Shown here: in pieces, positions 20,753 through 29,861 of the stretch
Position numbering within the stretch: the stretch's first letter is position 1
Layout: every line of letters starts with the position of its first letter
DNA from: an uncultured virus (IMG/VR IMGVR_UViG_3300010345_000473)
Taxonomy: Duplodnaviria; Heunggongvirae; Uroviricota; Caudoviricetes
Length of the DNA: 64,000 bases
IMG/VR virus record: IMGVR_UViG_3300010345_000473
Strand: one strand, 5' to 3'
Notes under the pieces: generated by a model
Told to the model about the DNA's origin: nothing
The model's database searches: none
The model's input: the letters and a program-made list of their open reading frames with translations, nothing else
Made by a program: the position numbers and the translations under genes

Positions 20753-21703
20753 ATGACAATCCCATTTGAGAAAATGGTGTTTGTGAACGAATCCGCCACC
20801 GATTATGTGTATCGATGTCCATTTTGTGGCGACAGCTCACGACATTCCAACAAAGGGCATCTGTACATATCGAAGACGAAACCCATCTACCATTGTCTTC
20901 GATGTGGCGCGTCTGGTTACATCAATCGTATCGAAGAGTTTCTTCATGAGAAGAGTAAGGTGGATTATCGATACACTTTACGAAACGAACTTCGGTGCTT
21001 CGATGCGAAAGGTGCGGCATCAAACACATCTGATGTCATATCGATGTTTCTTCCCTATGTACAATCAGATGAACTCACATATGTTACAAATCGATGTGTT
21101 TTGCCCTTTACACAAGAGCAACTTATCACCTATACTGGAATCGTTCCACACAGTATGGTGCAACAGATGTTTCCAGAAAATTCATATCAATTGGCAGACG
21201 GCAGAACGTGGTTCATGTCGTGTTTCGGATCACTCATGTCTGGGCGAGTTCATCATGTGCAGAACGATGCCACTATCCGATATTTGATCTTTAAAACTAA
21301 AATGCCGTGGGCGCAATATGTGTTGGATGACTGTTATATGATTCGGTCGCCCGCCTTCGAGAAGCGGACCTTCTCCCCTCGGTTAGTAGTGGCAGAAGGG
21401 GTCTTCGATATCATTCCCATCTATGCGGCCCGAACAAGATATCGATTGGCCGACGACGATGTGTACACCGCATCGTTGTGTAAACAGTACACTCGACCCA
21501 TTGGCATCTATCGGGTTCTTGCGGAACGGATGCCTCGGGAGATTGTAATCTTCGCGGATGTGGATGCATCGGTTCCTGAGATAACGAAGATGTTTCAGAA
21601 GTGTGGACTTGTGGGAACGATTCCTATCACAGTGTATCACGCGGCGGATTCCATCAAGGATTGGACCAACGTTCCATCGATTGGTTCCAAGCATACCATT
21701 TGA
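20753..21703 (+). CDS. DNA primase, DnaG/T4 gp61-type (Zn finger + TOPRIM)
   Basis: RCPFCGDS...GHLY...YHCLRCG zinc finger; TOPRIM VAEGVFD and FADVD; IKDW. Confidence 0.85.
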   Translation: MTIPFEKMVFVNESATDYVYRCPFCGDSSRHSNKGHLYISKTKPIYHCLRCGASGYINRIEEFLHEKSKVDYRYTLRNELRCFDAKGAASNTSDVISMFLPYVQSDELTYVTNRCVLPFTQEQLITYTGIVPHSMVQQMFPENSYQLADGRTWFMSCFGSLMSGRVHHVQNDATIRYLIFKTKMPWAQYVLDDCYMIRSPAFEKRTFSPRLVVAEGVFDIIPIYAARTRYRLADDDVYTASLCKQYTRPIGIYRVLAERMPREIVIFADVDASVPEITKMFQKCGLVGTIPITVYHAADSIKDWTNVPSIGSKHTI

Positions 21704-21719
21704 TTGAGGAGGGTCTTTT

Positions 21720-22955
21720 ATGTTGAACGATCTACCCCAGATGCCGCAAATGCCCCAGCCCATGAACATGCCGCAGCAGATGCAATCGCCTCAGATGCCT
21801 CAGCAAATGCAGCAGCCGACGAATGTACCCCAGATGCCGCAAATGCCCCAGCCGATGAATGTACCCCAGGTGCAGCAACAACCCCAGATACCTCAGCCGA
21901 TGAACATGTCGCAGGTGCAGCAACCGATGCCCCAGCCGATGAATGTGCCCCAGGTGCAGCAACCGATGCCCCAGCCGATGAATGCACCGCAGCAGATGCC
22001 ACAAGTCCAACAGCCTCAACAGATGGCGGCTCCTGCTCCGTTTGCCACGGAAGCCGTTCCCATGCCACAGCTTCAGGAACTGCAGCAGATGATTCAGGTG
22101 CCCGTTCCTGATATGACACCGCCCACGGCAACTCCATCAACCCCACAGAATATGCCCGTGGCACGAGTTGAACCCATACCGGCATCTCCTGACGATTGCC
22201 CATTTGAGATCGAGACCACGGATGCATTGTCGGCCCCCATTCGATTCGTCGCCAATCAGTTCGAGACTTTGAAAACGGCTCTTACATTTATGGCGAACTA
22301 TGCCGCGGACTTCCGATTCACGAATGGTGTGTCGTGTTTCAGTACCAATGCGAATCGATTCCATGTTAAAGTCAAGCTTCCGTTCACTTTTGATTTTGCC
22401 ATCGGTGAAGCCAATACCCATATCAAGATGCTGTCACTACTTAATGGTGATGTGGTTTTCTGTATGGGTGGCAATCTCTACTTCTTCCGAAGTGCCACCA
22501 TGTTGGTGAGCATCGGAAGTCTTCTGGGTTCACCCCTTGGTGAGATCGAACAATCCGCATTCGATGATGCGATTGCTGTACAGAAATCGAGCAGTCGAAT
22601 TCTGCTTCCGAGAATGGATGTCACCGAGCTATATACCACTGCATCGAAGGTTTTTAAGTCCGTGGGTGGTGATGCTGTCATCGTTCGGAAGAAAGGACGG
22701 ACCCTCGAGTTCTCGGTGGGTTACGCACAGAATATGGTGAGATTTGAGGCGCTTCGTATCGCGGATGCCTTTGATGGTGTGGAGATCGATTCGGGCTTCC
22801 CCTCGGAGCTTGTATCCATGGGATTCGATCAGGTGTATGCCACATTCTATATGACGCCAAACAACGAGATCTTCTGGCACTGGGAATGTCGGATGAAGGA
22901 CATCGAAATCGAACTGTACACCAAAACGTTCCGCGTCCCCTCATCGTCACTCTAG
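21720..22955 (+). CDS. Possible sliding clamp (gp45/PCNA-like) with a ~160-aa Gln/Pro/Met-rich N-terminal extension
   Basis: C-terminal ~240 aa of alternating helix and strand, clamp-sized; clamp loader and primase nearby; PQMPQPMN repeats at the N-terminus. Confidence 0.45.
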   Translation: MLNDLPQMPQMPQPMNMPQQMQSPQMPQQMQQPTNVPQMPQMPQPMNVPQVQQQPQIPQPMNMSQVQQPMPQPMNVPQVQQPMPQPMNAPQQMPQVQQPQQMAAPAPFATEAVPMPQLQELQQMIQVPVPDMTPPTATPSTPQNMPVARVEPIPASPDDCPFEIETTDALSAPIRFVANQFETLKTALTFMANYAADFRFTNGVSCFSTNANRFHVKVKLPFTFDFAIGEANTHIKMLSLLNGDVVFCMGGNLYFFRSATMLVSIGSLLGSPLGEIEQSAFDDAIAVQKSSSRILLPRMDVTELYTTASKVFKSVGGDAVIVRKKGRTLEFSVGYAQNMVRFEALRIADAFDGVEIDSGFPSELVSMGFDQVYATFYMTPNNEIFWHWECRMKDIEIELYTKTFRVPSSSL

Positions 22956-22963
22956 TGTGATGT

Positions 22964-23026
22964 GTCGGGTGGAGCATCCTGCATTGTTTGGGGTGGATGC
23001 TCCACCCGACCACCGCTTTCGTTTTT
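22964..23026 (+). terminator. 16-bp hairpin followed by a T-rich tract (probable intrinsic terminator)
   Basis: GTCGGGTGGAGCATCC / GGATGCTCCACCCGAC, then CACCGCTTTCGTTTTT. Confidence 0.6.
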
Positions 23027-23110
23027 CGAGATGGGAGTGGGATCATATATGATGAAACTGTCCATCTGTGTTGATCGATTGCATGCCAACATAGAGGAGG
23101 TCATATACTA

Positions 23111-24250
23111 ATGTTTGCCAACGAGAACACCATGCAACATATGTCAATGACCACATACTTTCGTGGGATGCCATCTCCAGAAACACTCACACAGATCGCA
23201 TCAAAGTATCGACGCGTCATCATCTTTGTGGACTTCAACAATATCAGTCGTGGGTTCTACAAACCAGAGATCATTGCGGATATTGTGACCTATATGGTGA
23301 ACAATTCATCGATTCCTGGATATGTGTTAAAGGATTGGATCACATTTCAGTTGTACTTTGAAGCATGGGCGATGCTCCAACGGAAGCAACTGAATGTGGT
23401 ATATTTCTGTGAAAGTGGAGAATCATATTATCATAAGAATCTGCTTTCCAGCTACAAAGCGAATCGTATCACATCGAGGTTCGTTTTGGCCGACGGATTG
23501 ATGATGCAGTTTGATAACAATATCGACAAGGTTGAAGAAGTGTTTCGAGCATTCAAGTTTCGTCTGTGGAAGTGGATCGAGGCCATTGCATCGATGTCAC
23601 ATATCCCTATGTTTCGATTTGAGAACCTCGATGCGGACTTCATTCCAGAGTATCTGCTTCGGCGCACAAAGCTTTATGACGACGATACATGCTATGTTAT
23701 TTTGTCTAATGATGGAGACATGATTCAAACCATCGATGTAGCAGACAATGTGTTTGTGGTGGATGGCGAAATTGTGATCACCGAAACGAATTGGTATGTA
23801 TCGAAAAAATATCTTGCGGAGGGATCGACGGGACTCATCGAGCCTGGTACCACGGTTCCTGGAGACCGGATCATCCTCTACAAAGCGGTGGCGGGTGATA
23901 CTGCGGACTCGATTCCTGGTGTCAAGGGGATGGGCAAGAAGACTGTCTTCAAAGATCTGTTGCCACTCATTCCAGCCAATGTCCGATGCGATGATTTGCT
24001 TGCTATGAAACAAATCATGACACAGAACGCTGCGAACAACAAAGCCGCGGCCAAGGTTCTTGCAAACTGGGATTCGTTTGCCCTCGGTGTGAAGCTTGTA
24101 TCGTTCAATCATATGATTGAGCATCTGAAGAGTGTACCCACACGTGTATCTGAGTTTCGGAATCTCATCGAACGGAGTGGGGTGGAAGCACTCACCGAGG
24201 GAAGCACAGTCATGTCGATGATGCGTTCTGGCGAAGTGGCGTTGACTTAG
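23111..24250 (+). CDS. 5'-3' exonuclease / flap endonuclease (T4 RNase H-like)
   Basis: IFVDFNN, YKANR, DADF, SNDGDMIQ and H3TH GDTADSIPGVKGMGKKT. Confidence 0.9.
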   Translation: MFANENTMQHMSMTTYFRGMPSPETLTQIASKYRRVIIFVDFNNISRGFYKPEIIADIVTYMVNNSSIPGYVLKDWITFQLYFEAWAMLQRKQLNVVYFCESGESYYHKNLLSSYKANRITSRFVLADGLMMQFDNNIDKVEEVFRAFKFRLWKWIEAIASMSHIPMFRFENLDADFIPEYLLRRTKLYDDDTCYVILSNDGDMIQTIDVADNVFVVDGEIVITETNWYVSKKYLAEGSTGLIEPGTTVPGDRIILYKAVAGDTADSIPGVKGMGKKTVFKDLLPLIPANVRCDDLLAMKQIMTQNAANNKAAAKVLANWDSFALGVKLVSFNHMIEHLKSVPTRVSEFRNLIERSGVEALTEGSTVMSMMRSGEVALT

Positions 24251-24253
24251 CTC

Positions 24254-25222
24254 ATGCTCAAAGGAGGATGTTATACTATGACACAACACGCTGACCAGCA
24301 AGTACCCACTGCTGTGCCCACGACATATCCATCACACGGTGGTGTCGGCGTTCTTAGTGATCCAAATCAGATCTACATCTATGAGGAACCACCGTCGCCT
24401 CGGCCCGCATCATCAGGGCACGCAAAACATTACTTCCGGGTATCGAGTACCGATCTGTTCACATATTACAATCCGCGTGGTGCCCAGGTGGTGTTATCCA
24501 CAAATCTGTATACATCCGACCTCTATCTTGCCATCACACCCGCGATCCCAAACAATCCAGCTGTTAACATTCGCGGACCTGTACCTGCGGGGACACAGGT
24601 CTATAACTATGACAGGAAAGTCGTTGTTGCATTTGCGTTCCATGAGATTGTGGCACTCCGTCGTTATTTGCAGAAGCATATCCTTGGAGAGGAATCTCCC
24701 GTGGGAGGAGCAGCATTAGCAACGATGCCCATCCAAGATGTGCTTGCCCTTCTTAACAACATGAACATGGTTCTTGCGCAAAACGATACACAAGCGGCGA
24801 CAACGTTTGTGAACGAGTGGCGGACATACCTGACTTCAAAGGCCACGGAAGCCACGGCAGCACCTACTACTCAGGCCGCACCGCCTCCACCCGTACAGTT
24901 TGCCAACTCTTCGGGTCCACAGGATACAGCTCGATCTGGTCCTGCCATGGGATCGGCAAATGATCCTGGTGTGGTGCTCTGGCGGAAAGGTGCCATCAAC
25001 AAACGTGTTTCTGTGAACTTCGATACGAATCGACAAATGTTTTTCTTTTCAGCGATTATCAATAACGACAATGCAAACCGGGCATATACGGGAATGAAGA
25101 TGGACTATGCCGAGCAGTTTCTTACCGTGGTAGAGTCTTACCTTAACAACTACACCGTTCACAAAGTGGTGAGTGCTCTCTGTAATAGTATTGATATGCT
25201 CACTGGGTTCAAGCAATCATGA
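24254..25222 (+). CDS. Whirly-like ssDNA-binding protein (putative)
   Basis: LYLAITPA...QVYNYDRKVVVAFAFHEIVAL resembles the Whirly motif LLQFAPA..RQYDWxxKQVFSLSVTEIG; a second half-repeat lies near the C-terminus. Confidence 0.5.
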   Translation: MLKGGCYTMTQHADQQVPTAVPTTYPSHGGVGVLSDPNQIYIYEEPPSPRPASSGHAKHYFRVSSTDLFTYYNPRGAQVVLSTNLYTSDLYLAITPAIPNNPAVNIRGPVPAGTQVYNYDRKVVVAFAFHEIVALRRYLQKHILGEESPVGGAALATMPIQDVLALLNNMNMVLAQNDTQAATTFVNEWRTYLTSKATEATAAPTTQAAPPPPVQFANSSGPQDTARSGPAMGSANDPGVVLWRKGAINKRVSVNFDTNRQMFFFSAIINNDNANRAYTGMKMDYAEQFLTVVESYLNNYTVHKVVSALCNSIDMLTGFKQS

Positions 25223-25237
25223 GCGCAAATCACTCTG

Positions 25238-25882
25238 ATGGGTGGTGAGACACAGGTGGAACAAATGATAGAGCGGATACAGAGAACATTACACACAATG
25301 TTTGAGATTCTCGTAAAGGAGAACGATATCGTTCAAATTGACCCGAGCGTTGATCATGATGTGTTCCGTGTATTCGTTTGTGGATCGTTTCTTGAAAAAG
25401 CATATCCAGATCGTGTGTCTGTGATGCGTACGGATCAAACGCACCTCACCAAACAATCGGATCTTGTGCTCGTCTCCGATGCAGACATCAATGATATCTT
25501 TGATCGATGTACACAGTGGTTGATTTTTGTCTGCGCATATCCTTCCCTGAAGACATACTATGTCCCCATCGTTCTTTCGACTACGCTCGACGAAACGTTT
25601 ATGACGGACATATCCGCGGCCGCCGATCAAAGGCGTGTGGAAACAATTCGATCTATGTTCATGAAAGACGACCTATCAAAGTGTGAATATGTTGTGTGTA
25701 TAGGATGTGTGGTGAATCCAGAACGCTCCGTCGTTCAGAGTATGTGGAGTACTGGGTGTACCAAATCCGCAGCATCCACAACAAGTCGTGAGTTTGAGAT
25801 CTTCTTCAAACTAGCATCATCTTTCAAAATAATGCGCACAAAAAATGAGCCAGATGTCGATACAGATTTTCTTATGACTTAG
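25238..25882 (+). CDS. Hypothetical protein
   Basis: 214-aa ORF in the operon. Confidence 0.6.
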   Translation: MGGETQVEQMIERIQRTLHTMFEILVKENDIVQIDPSVDHDVFRVFVCGSFLEKAYPDRVSVMRTDQTHLTKQSDLVLVSDADINDIFDRCTQWLIFVCAYPSLKTYYVPIVLSTTLDETFMTDISAAADQRRVETIRSMFMKDDLSKCEYVVCIGCVVNPERSVVQSMWSTGCTKSAASTTSREFEIFFKLASSFKIMRTKNEPDVDTDFLMT

Positions 25883-25887
25883 TGTGT

Positions 25888-25930
25888 ATGTGGTGTGAGA
25901 GACCAAGTCGCCGGTCATCTCACACCACAT
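25888..25930. terminator. Intergenic hairpin upstream of RNAP-1 beta'
   Basis: ATGTGGTGTGAGA/TCTCACACCACAT 13-bp stem plus a GACC/GGTC extension. Confidence 0.5.
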
Positions 25931-25958
25931 CATCCCTGACACATCGAGGAGTGTCGCC

Positions 25959-28900
25959 ATGTTATTCAATATTGATGAATGGGTACAAACAACTCGCATC
26001 AATGGAGATCTGCTTCAGGAGATAACATCGCCGGGCATCAAAACATCAACGGGTGCATATGATCCCCGCGGACTTTTCAGTGTGGATATTTTTGGACAAG
26101 AAAAGTCATCGCGATGGCGGACCATGTATGCATATATCAAACTCGCACATCCCGTACTCCATCCCGCTATCATGTATATCATCACACGTCGGATATCTGG
26201 ACTGCTCAAATGGATCAATCTTGAGTGTGGTGCATTCGAACAGAATGGACAACTGGTACTTACAGACAGTCCATCATCGTACACCTTCTGTGGACTTGAA
26301 GCACTGTATCATAATCCAAAACGGGTTCTCGATCTTCTTCGGTCGCACAAGTTGTTGGCTACAGATGTGGCGGAAGCCATCGCACAGAAACTCATCAACG
26401 ATCGAAAAGTCATGTTCACAAAATATGTTATCGTCATTCCGCCACAATTTCGTATGGATCAGGACGACAACACTCTCTATAGTCGCATCCTCAGTGAGAA
26501 CACCGTGGCTTACAGTTCACTCACGAGCACTCATACATTAATGAAAAATAGAGCATTTACAACTGTGCAGAATCTTTACGAGCAGTTGTTTGAGGCATAC
26601 ATCGAAAAGGTCAAAGGCAAGTTCGGTATGATTCGGACATCGCTCGTGGCCAAGAGTGTGGACTTCTCGGCGCGTGCTGTGATCACTGGTGATCCGAACA
26701 TCCGACCTTATGAACTTGGTGTGCCCAGAGACATGCTTGTCAAGATGTTTTATCCGTGGATCATCAACTACATTTTGACACATCCAGAGATTTCTCGAGA
26801 GTTGTCGCAATACACCGAAGTCAACAAACCTGCACTCTATACACTACTCAATGTAAAACTTCAGCAGGAAGCCATCGATGAACGAATCCTCGATATCCTC
26901 TATAAGATTGTAGCGATTATCGCCAAAGACAAAGTCATTCTTGCGAAACGTGATCCGGTGCTCCACCGATTGAGCATTCGTGGTTATATTCCCGTACCCA
27001 TCGACTCAACAACGTTCCACATATCGCCCATGGTGTGTCCTGGACATAATGCGGACTTTGATGGCGATCAGATGGGCATCTTTTTGCCACTGACCAAGGA
27101 AGCACAAGACGAAGCGAAGAAAAAGATGCTGTCTATTAAATCAATCTACCACCCCATGAGTGGTCTGAGTCTTTCGCTTGAACGAGATTTTGTGCTGGGC
27201 ATTTATTTCTTAACAAAGGATGATGCATCGGGATCTCCCACGAAATATGACGACTCGGTGGATCTTGTGGATGTGGTTAAGCATCTTGCCAAAGATTTTG
27301 ACAAACCAGTCATCTATCGTGGACGGCAAAACACCATGGGGCGCCGGGCCATCGAGGTTGTTTTCGAGGACAAGGTTCAGATCACCGAACCCATCACAGG
27401 AAAGAAACTCGAAGCGATTCTCGAGAAGTTTTCTGGTGATCCAAAGTGGCTCGCGGATTGCATGTTCGTGCTCGAGCATCTTGGTGGATATGCTTCGTCT
27501 CTTGTGGGTGGATCGATGTCCATCAGTGACTTCGTTCTTCCAGATGATCTGGAAAAGCGAAAGGTGGATGTCTTAAACAATCCCGACAAATATGATGTCC
27601 AAACCGAGCTACAGAAGATCACCGATGAGTACCTTGCTCGAACCACCGCACAGAATCAGTATAGCGCACTCATCATCAAATCGGGAGCTCGCGGATCCGC
27701 GGAACAGATTATGCAGATGAGTGTGGCCAAGGGGTACATCTCTGACATCGAGGGTCGTCTCATTTCGAAACCTATCAAGTCAAACTTTGTGCGGGGTCTG
27801 AATCCCACCGATCTCTTTATGAGTGGTTCGGGCTCGAGAAAGGGTACAGTGGACCGCAGTCAGAACACCTCAAAGAGTGGTTATCTGAGTCGGCAACTTG
27901 TGTATCTCATGGCATCAATTCGCGCGGGAAATATTGAGTCGTGTGGCACCGATCGATTCTTTGAAGTCAAGCTCACCAACGACAATGCCAAGCTATTTAT
28001 GGGTCGTGTGTTGAAGAATGGCGACACATTGACATCCGAGTACATCAAACAGAAGAATCTTGTGGGTACATTCATTCAGCTCTATACCCCCATGTACTGT
28101 CGGTCTCGGACATTATGCAAACGATGCTTCCCAGACTTCTACCGACAGAAGATCAACAATGTGTCTAACATTGGCATCGTTGCCGCACAGATTGTGGGAG
28201 AACGAGCAAGTCAGCTCACCATGCGGACGTTTCATTGTAACTTAAAATCAAGCATGGTGTACTACAAGTATAAGGATCATACTGCCCTTGTGACATTCGA
28301 CTATCTGTACAATGAGGTGTTTCGTTCTGTGCGAGAAGTGGAAGGCGATGGGCAACTCGAAAAACACATCACTGGGTTTCAAGTATGGGATCGAGATAGA
28401 TGGACCAACGTTGTCAAGTTGATTCGGCACAAGAAGATGCCGGGCACCGCAGTTCGGATGCTTGCCACAAAGACGGGTCGATTCACCATCACACAGGACA
28501 ATCATCCACATATGTTGAAACGATTGAACGAAACAGAGTACAACCCTACAATTCTCGAAACCGATCGGATGTTGTGCAAACAGTATACAGTTGATACATC
28601 GCTTCCCGAAATATTTGACGACACACATCCTGTCACACCAAAGATTGACGCGTATATGTTGGGGATGGCAGTATCGAAGAATCTGACGATTCCCGTCGAG
28701 TGTGGTGGAGCCGACATCGCGGATGTTCATCTTCCATTTGATTTCATTCGATACACAGATGCAGATCTGGCTCAGATTTTGTGTGGTGTTATCGATGGTG
28801 GTGGTACACATGTCTATTATGAAAACGAACCTGTTATTTGTATATCATCGTTGTCTTCTGCGTTGATTCATCAAGTGTCTCTTATCGCCGAGCATTTCGG

Positions 28901-29855
28901 CATTCGCGTGTCGGTGGAGACGACATATTCAATTCGTCCATCAGTCAAACAAGGATATATTCTTACATTGTATCCACAACCATCACACAAGTATCTTTTC
29001 AATCGATCCACACTGATGCAGACATATGAATACACACAGCACGAGAATCGACTCATTCCGATTATTCGGTCATATGATCGAATCAATTTTAATAATGATG
29101 AATACCTGTATGATGCAACAACTGAAACTGGGACATTAACAGTGAATGGTGTTTGGACACACAATACAGGTGGTGCGGCAAAGGTCTACTACATTAAACA
29201 AGACTTGCCTGAAATTGAGGAGTTTCTGTTTCAGGAGGGACTCGATCTCACCGCAAAGAAAGAGATCAGCATCGAAGTGATAGATGCGGTGATGGAAAAC
29301 GTCAGCACCATTGTGGGGAGAACGTTCTCAATCTCCGCAAAAAACAATCAAAAGACATCGTTTGAGACTTCGGTGAACATCGAGTTCAATACCGAGAGTG
29401 CCACATTCACCGAGCATGTGGGATCTACATATCGAATGCTATATCAGGCTGGTACGCCCATCGGTGGCATCGAATCTACGGCGACCGACGTGACATCTGC
29501 TGTGCTCAATCTTCAGGCAATGTTAAACAAAACCTCCGATATAGAGACACCGGAACTCTTGGTTCAGGAACTCTATGACATCCTTAAGATCGCGGTAAAG
29601 ATCCCATTCATCTATTTGGAGATGGTCATCTCACAACTCATCAGGGATCCGGATCACATTCAATTTCCGTATCGACTTGGTTCCATGAAGAAACCCGCTA
29701 CACACATCGGTATCAAAACTGTGGCGGGCATCGAGAACCCGATTCGTGGGATCCTGTTTGAGCACGTTACGGATGTGATCATCAACACAGTGATTGGTGG
29801 AGGACCACAGGGCGATCTGTTGACTAGCGACTTCGAAGAGATCTATAGGTGGTGA
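25959..29855 (+). CDS. rpoC: Multi-subunit RNA polymerase beta' subunit (RNAP-1), unsplit, intein-containing
   Basis: GLFSVDIFG, KSVDFSARAVI, KRDPVLHR, catalytic NADFDGDQM, bridge helix TSKSGYLSRQL, trigger loop QLTMRTFH/TGG. Confidence 0.95.
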   Translation: MLFNIDEWVQTTRINGDLLQEITSPGIKTSTGAYDPRGLFSVDIFGQEKSSRWRTMYAYIKLAHPVLHPAIMYIITRRISGLLKWINLECGAFEQNGQLVLTDSPSSYTFCGLEALYHNPKRVLDLLRSHKLLATDVAEAIAQKLINDRKVMFTKYVIVIPPQFRMDQDDNTLYSRILSENTVAYSSLTSTHTLMKNRAFTTVQNLYEQLFEAYIEKVKGKFGMIRTSLVAKSVDFSARAVITGDPNIRPYELGVPRDMLVKMFYPWIINYILTHPEISRELSQYTEVNKPALYTLLNVKLQQEAIDERILDILYKIVAIIAKDKVILAKRDPVLHRLSIRGYIPVPIDSTTFHISPMVCPGHNADFDGDQMGIFLPLTKEAQDEAKKKMLSIKSIYHPMSGLSLSLERDFVLGIYFLTKDDASGSPTKYDDSVDLVDVVKHLAKDFDKPVIYRGRQNTMGRRAIEVVFEDKVQITEPITGKKLEAILEKFSGDPKWLADCMFVLEHLGGYASSLVGGSMSISDFVLPDDLEKRKVDVLNNPDKYDVQTELQKITDEYLARTTAQNQYSALIIKSGARGSAEQIMQMSVAKGYISDIEGRLISKPIKSNFVRGLNPTDLFMSGSGSRKGTVDRSQNTSKSGYLSRQLVYLMASIRAGNIESCGTDRFFEVKLTNDNAKLFMGRVLKNGDTLTSEYIKQKNLVGTFIQLYTPMYCRSRTLCKRCFPDFYRQKINNVSNIGIVAAQIVGERASQLTMRTFHCNLKSSMVYYKYKDHTALVTFDYLYNEVFRSVREVEGDGQLEKHITGFQVWDRDRWTNVVKLIRHKKMPGTAVRMLATKTGRFTITQDNHPHMLKRLNETEYNPTILETDRMLCKQYTVDTSLPEIFDDTHPVTPKIDAYMLGMAVSKNLTIPVECGGADIADVHLPFDFIRYTDADLAQILCGVIDGGGTHVYYENEPVICISSLSSALIHQVSLIAEHFGIRVSVETTYSIRPSVKQGYILTLYPQPSHKYLFNRSTLMQTYEYTQHENRLIPIIRSYDRINFNNDEYLYDATTETGTLTVNGVWTHNTGGAAKVYYIKQDLPEIEEFLFQEGLDLTAKKEISIEVIDAVMENVSTIVGRTFSISAKNNQKTSFETSVNIEFNTESATFTEHVGSTYRMLYQAGTPIGGIESTATDVTSAVLNLQAMLNKTSDIETPELLVQELYDILKIAVKIPFIYLEMVISQLIRDPDHIQFPYRLGSMKKPATHIGIKTVAGIENPIRGILFEHVTDVIINTVIGGGPQGDLLTSDFEEIYRW
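28236..29165 (+). mobile_element. Intein (310 aa) with a degenerate LAGLIDADG endonuclease region, inserted in the beta' trigger loop
   Basis: Begins Cys (CNLKSS); block B TQDNHP; block F YLYDATTETG; ends VWTHN followed by Thr+1. Removal restores QLTMRTFH-TGG. LAQILCGVIDGGG is LAGLIDADG-like. Confidence 0.93.
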
Positions 29856-29861
29856 CAACTG

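Noticed and set aside
18862..22955. Archaeal host inferred from RFC/PCNA/AEP-like genes
   Set aside because: T4-like bacteriophages carry such genes, and the tRNA-Pro and Ile2 features and rpoC-like motifs look bacterial.
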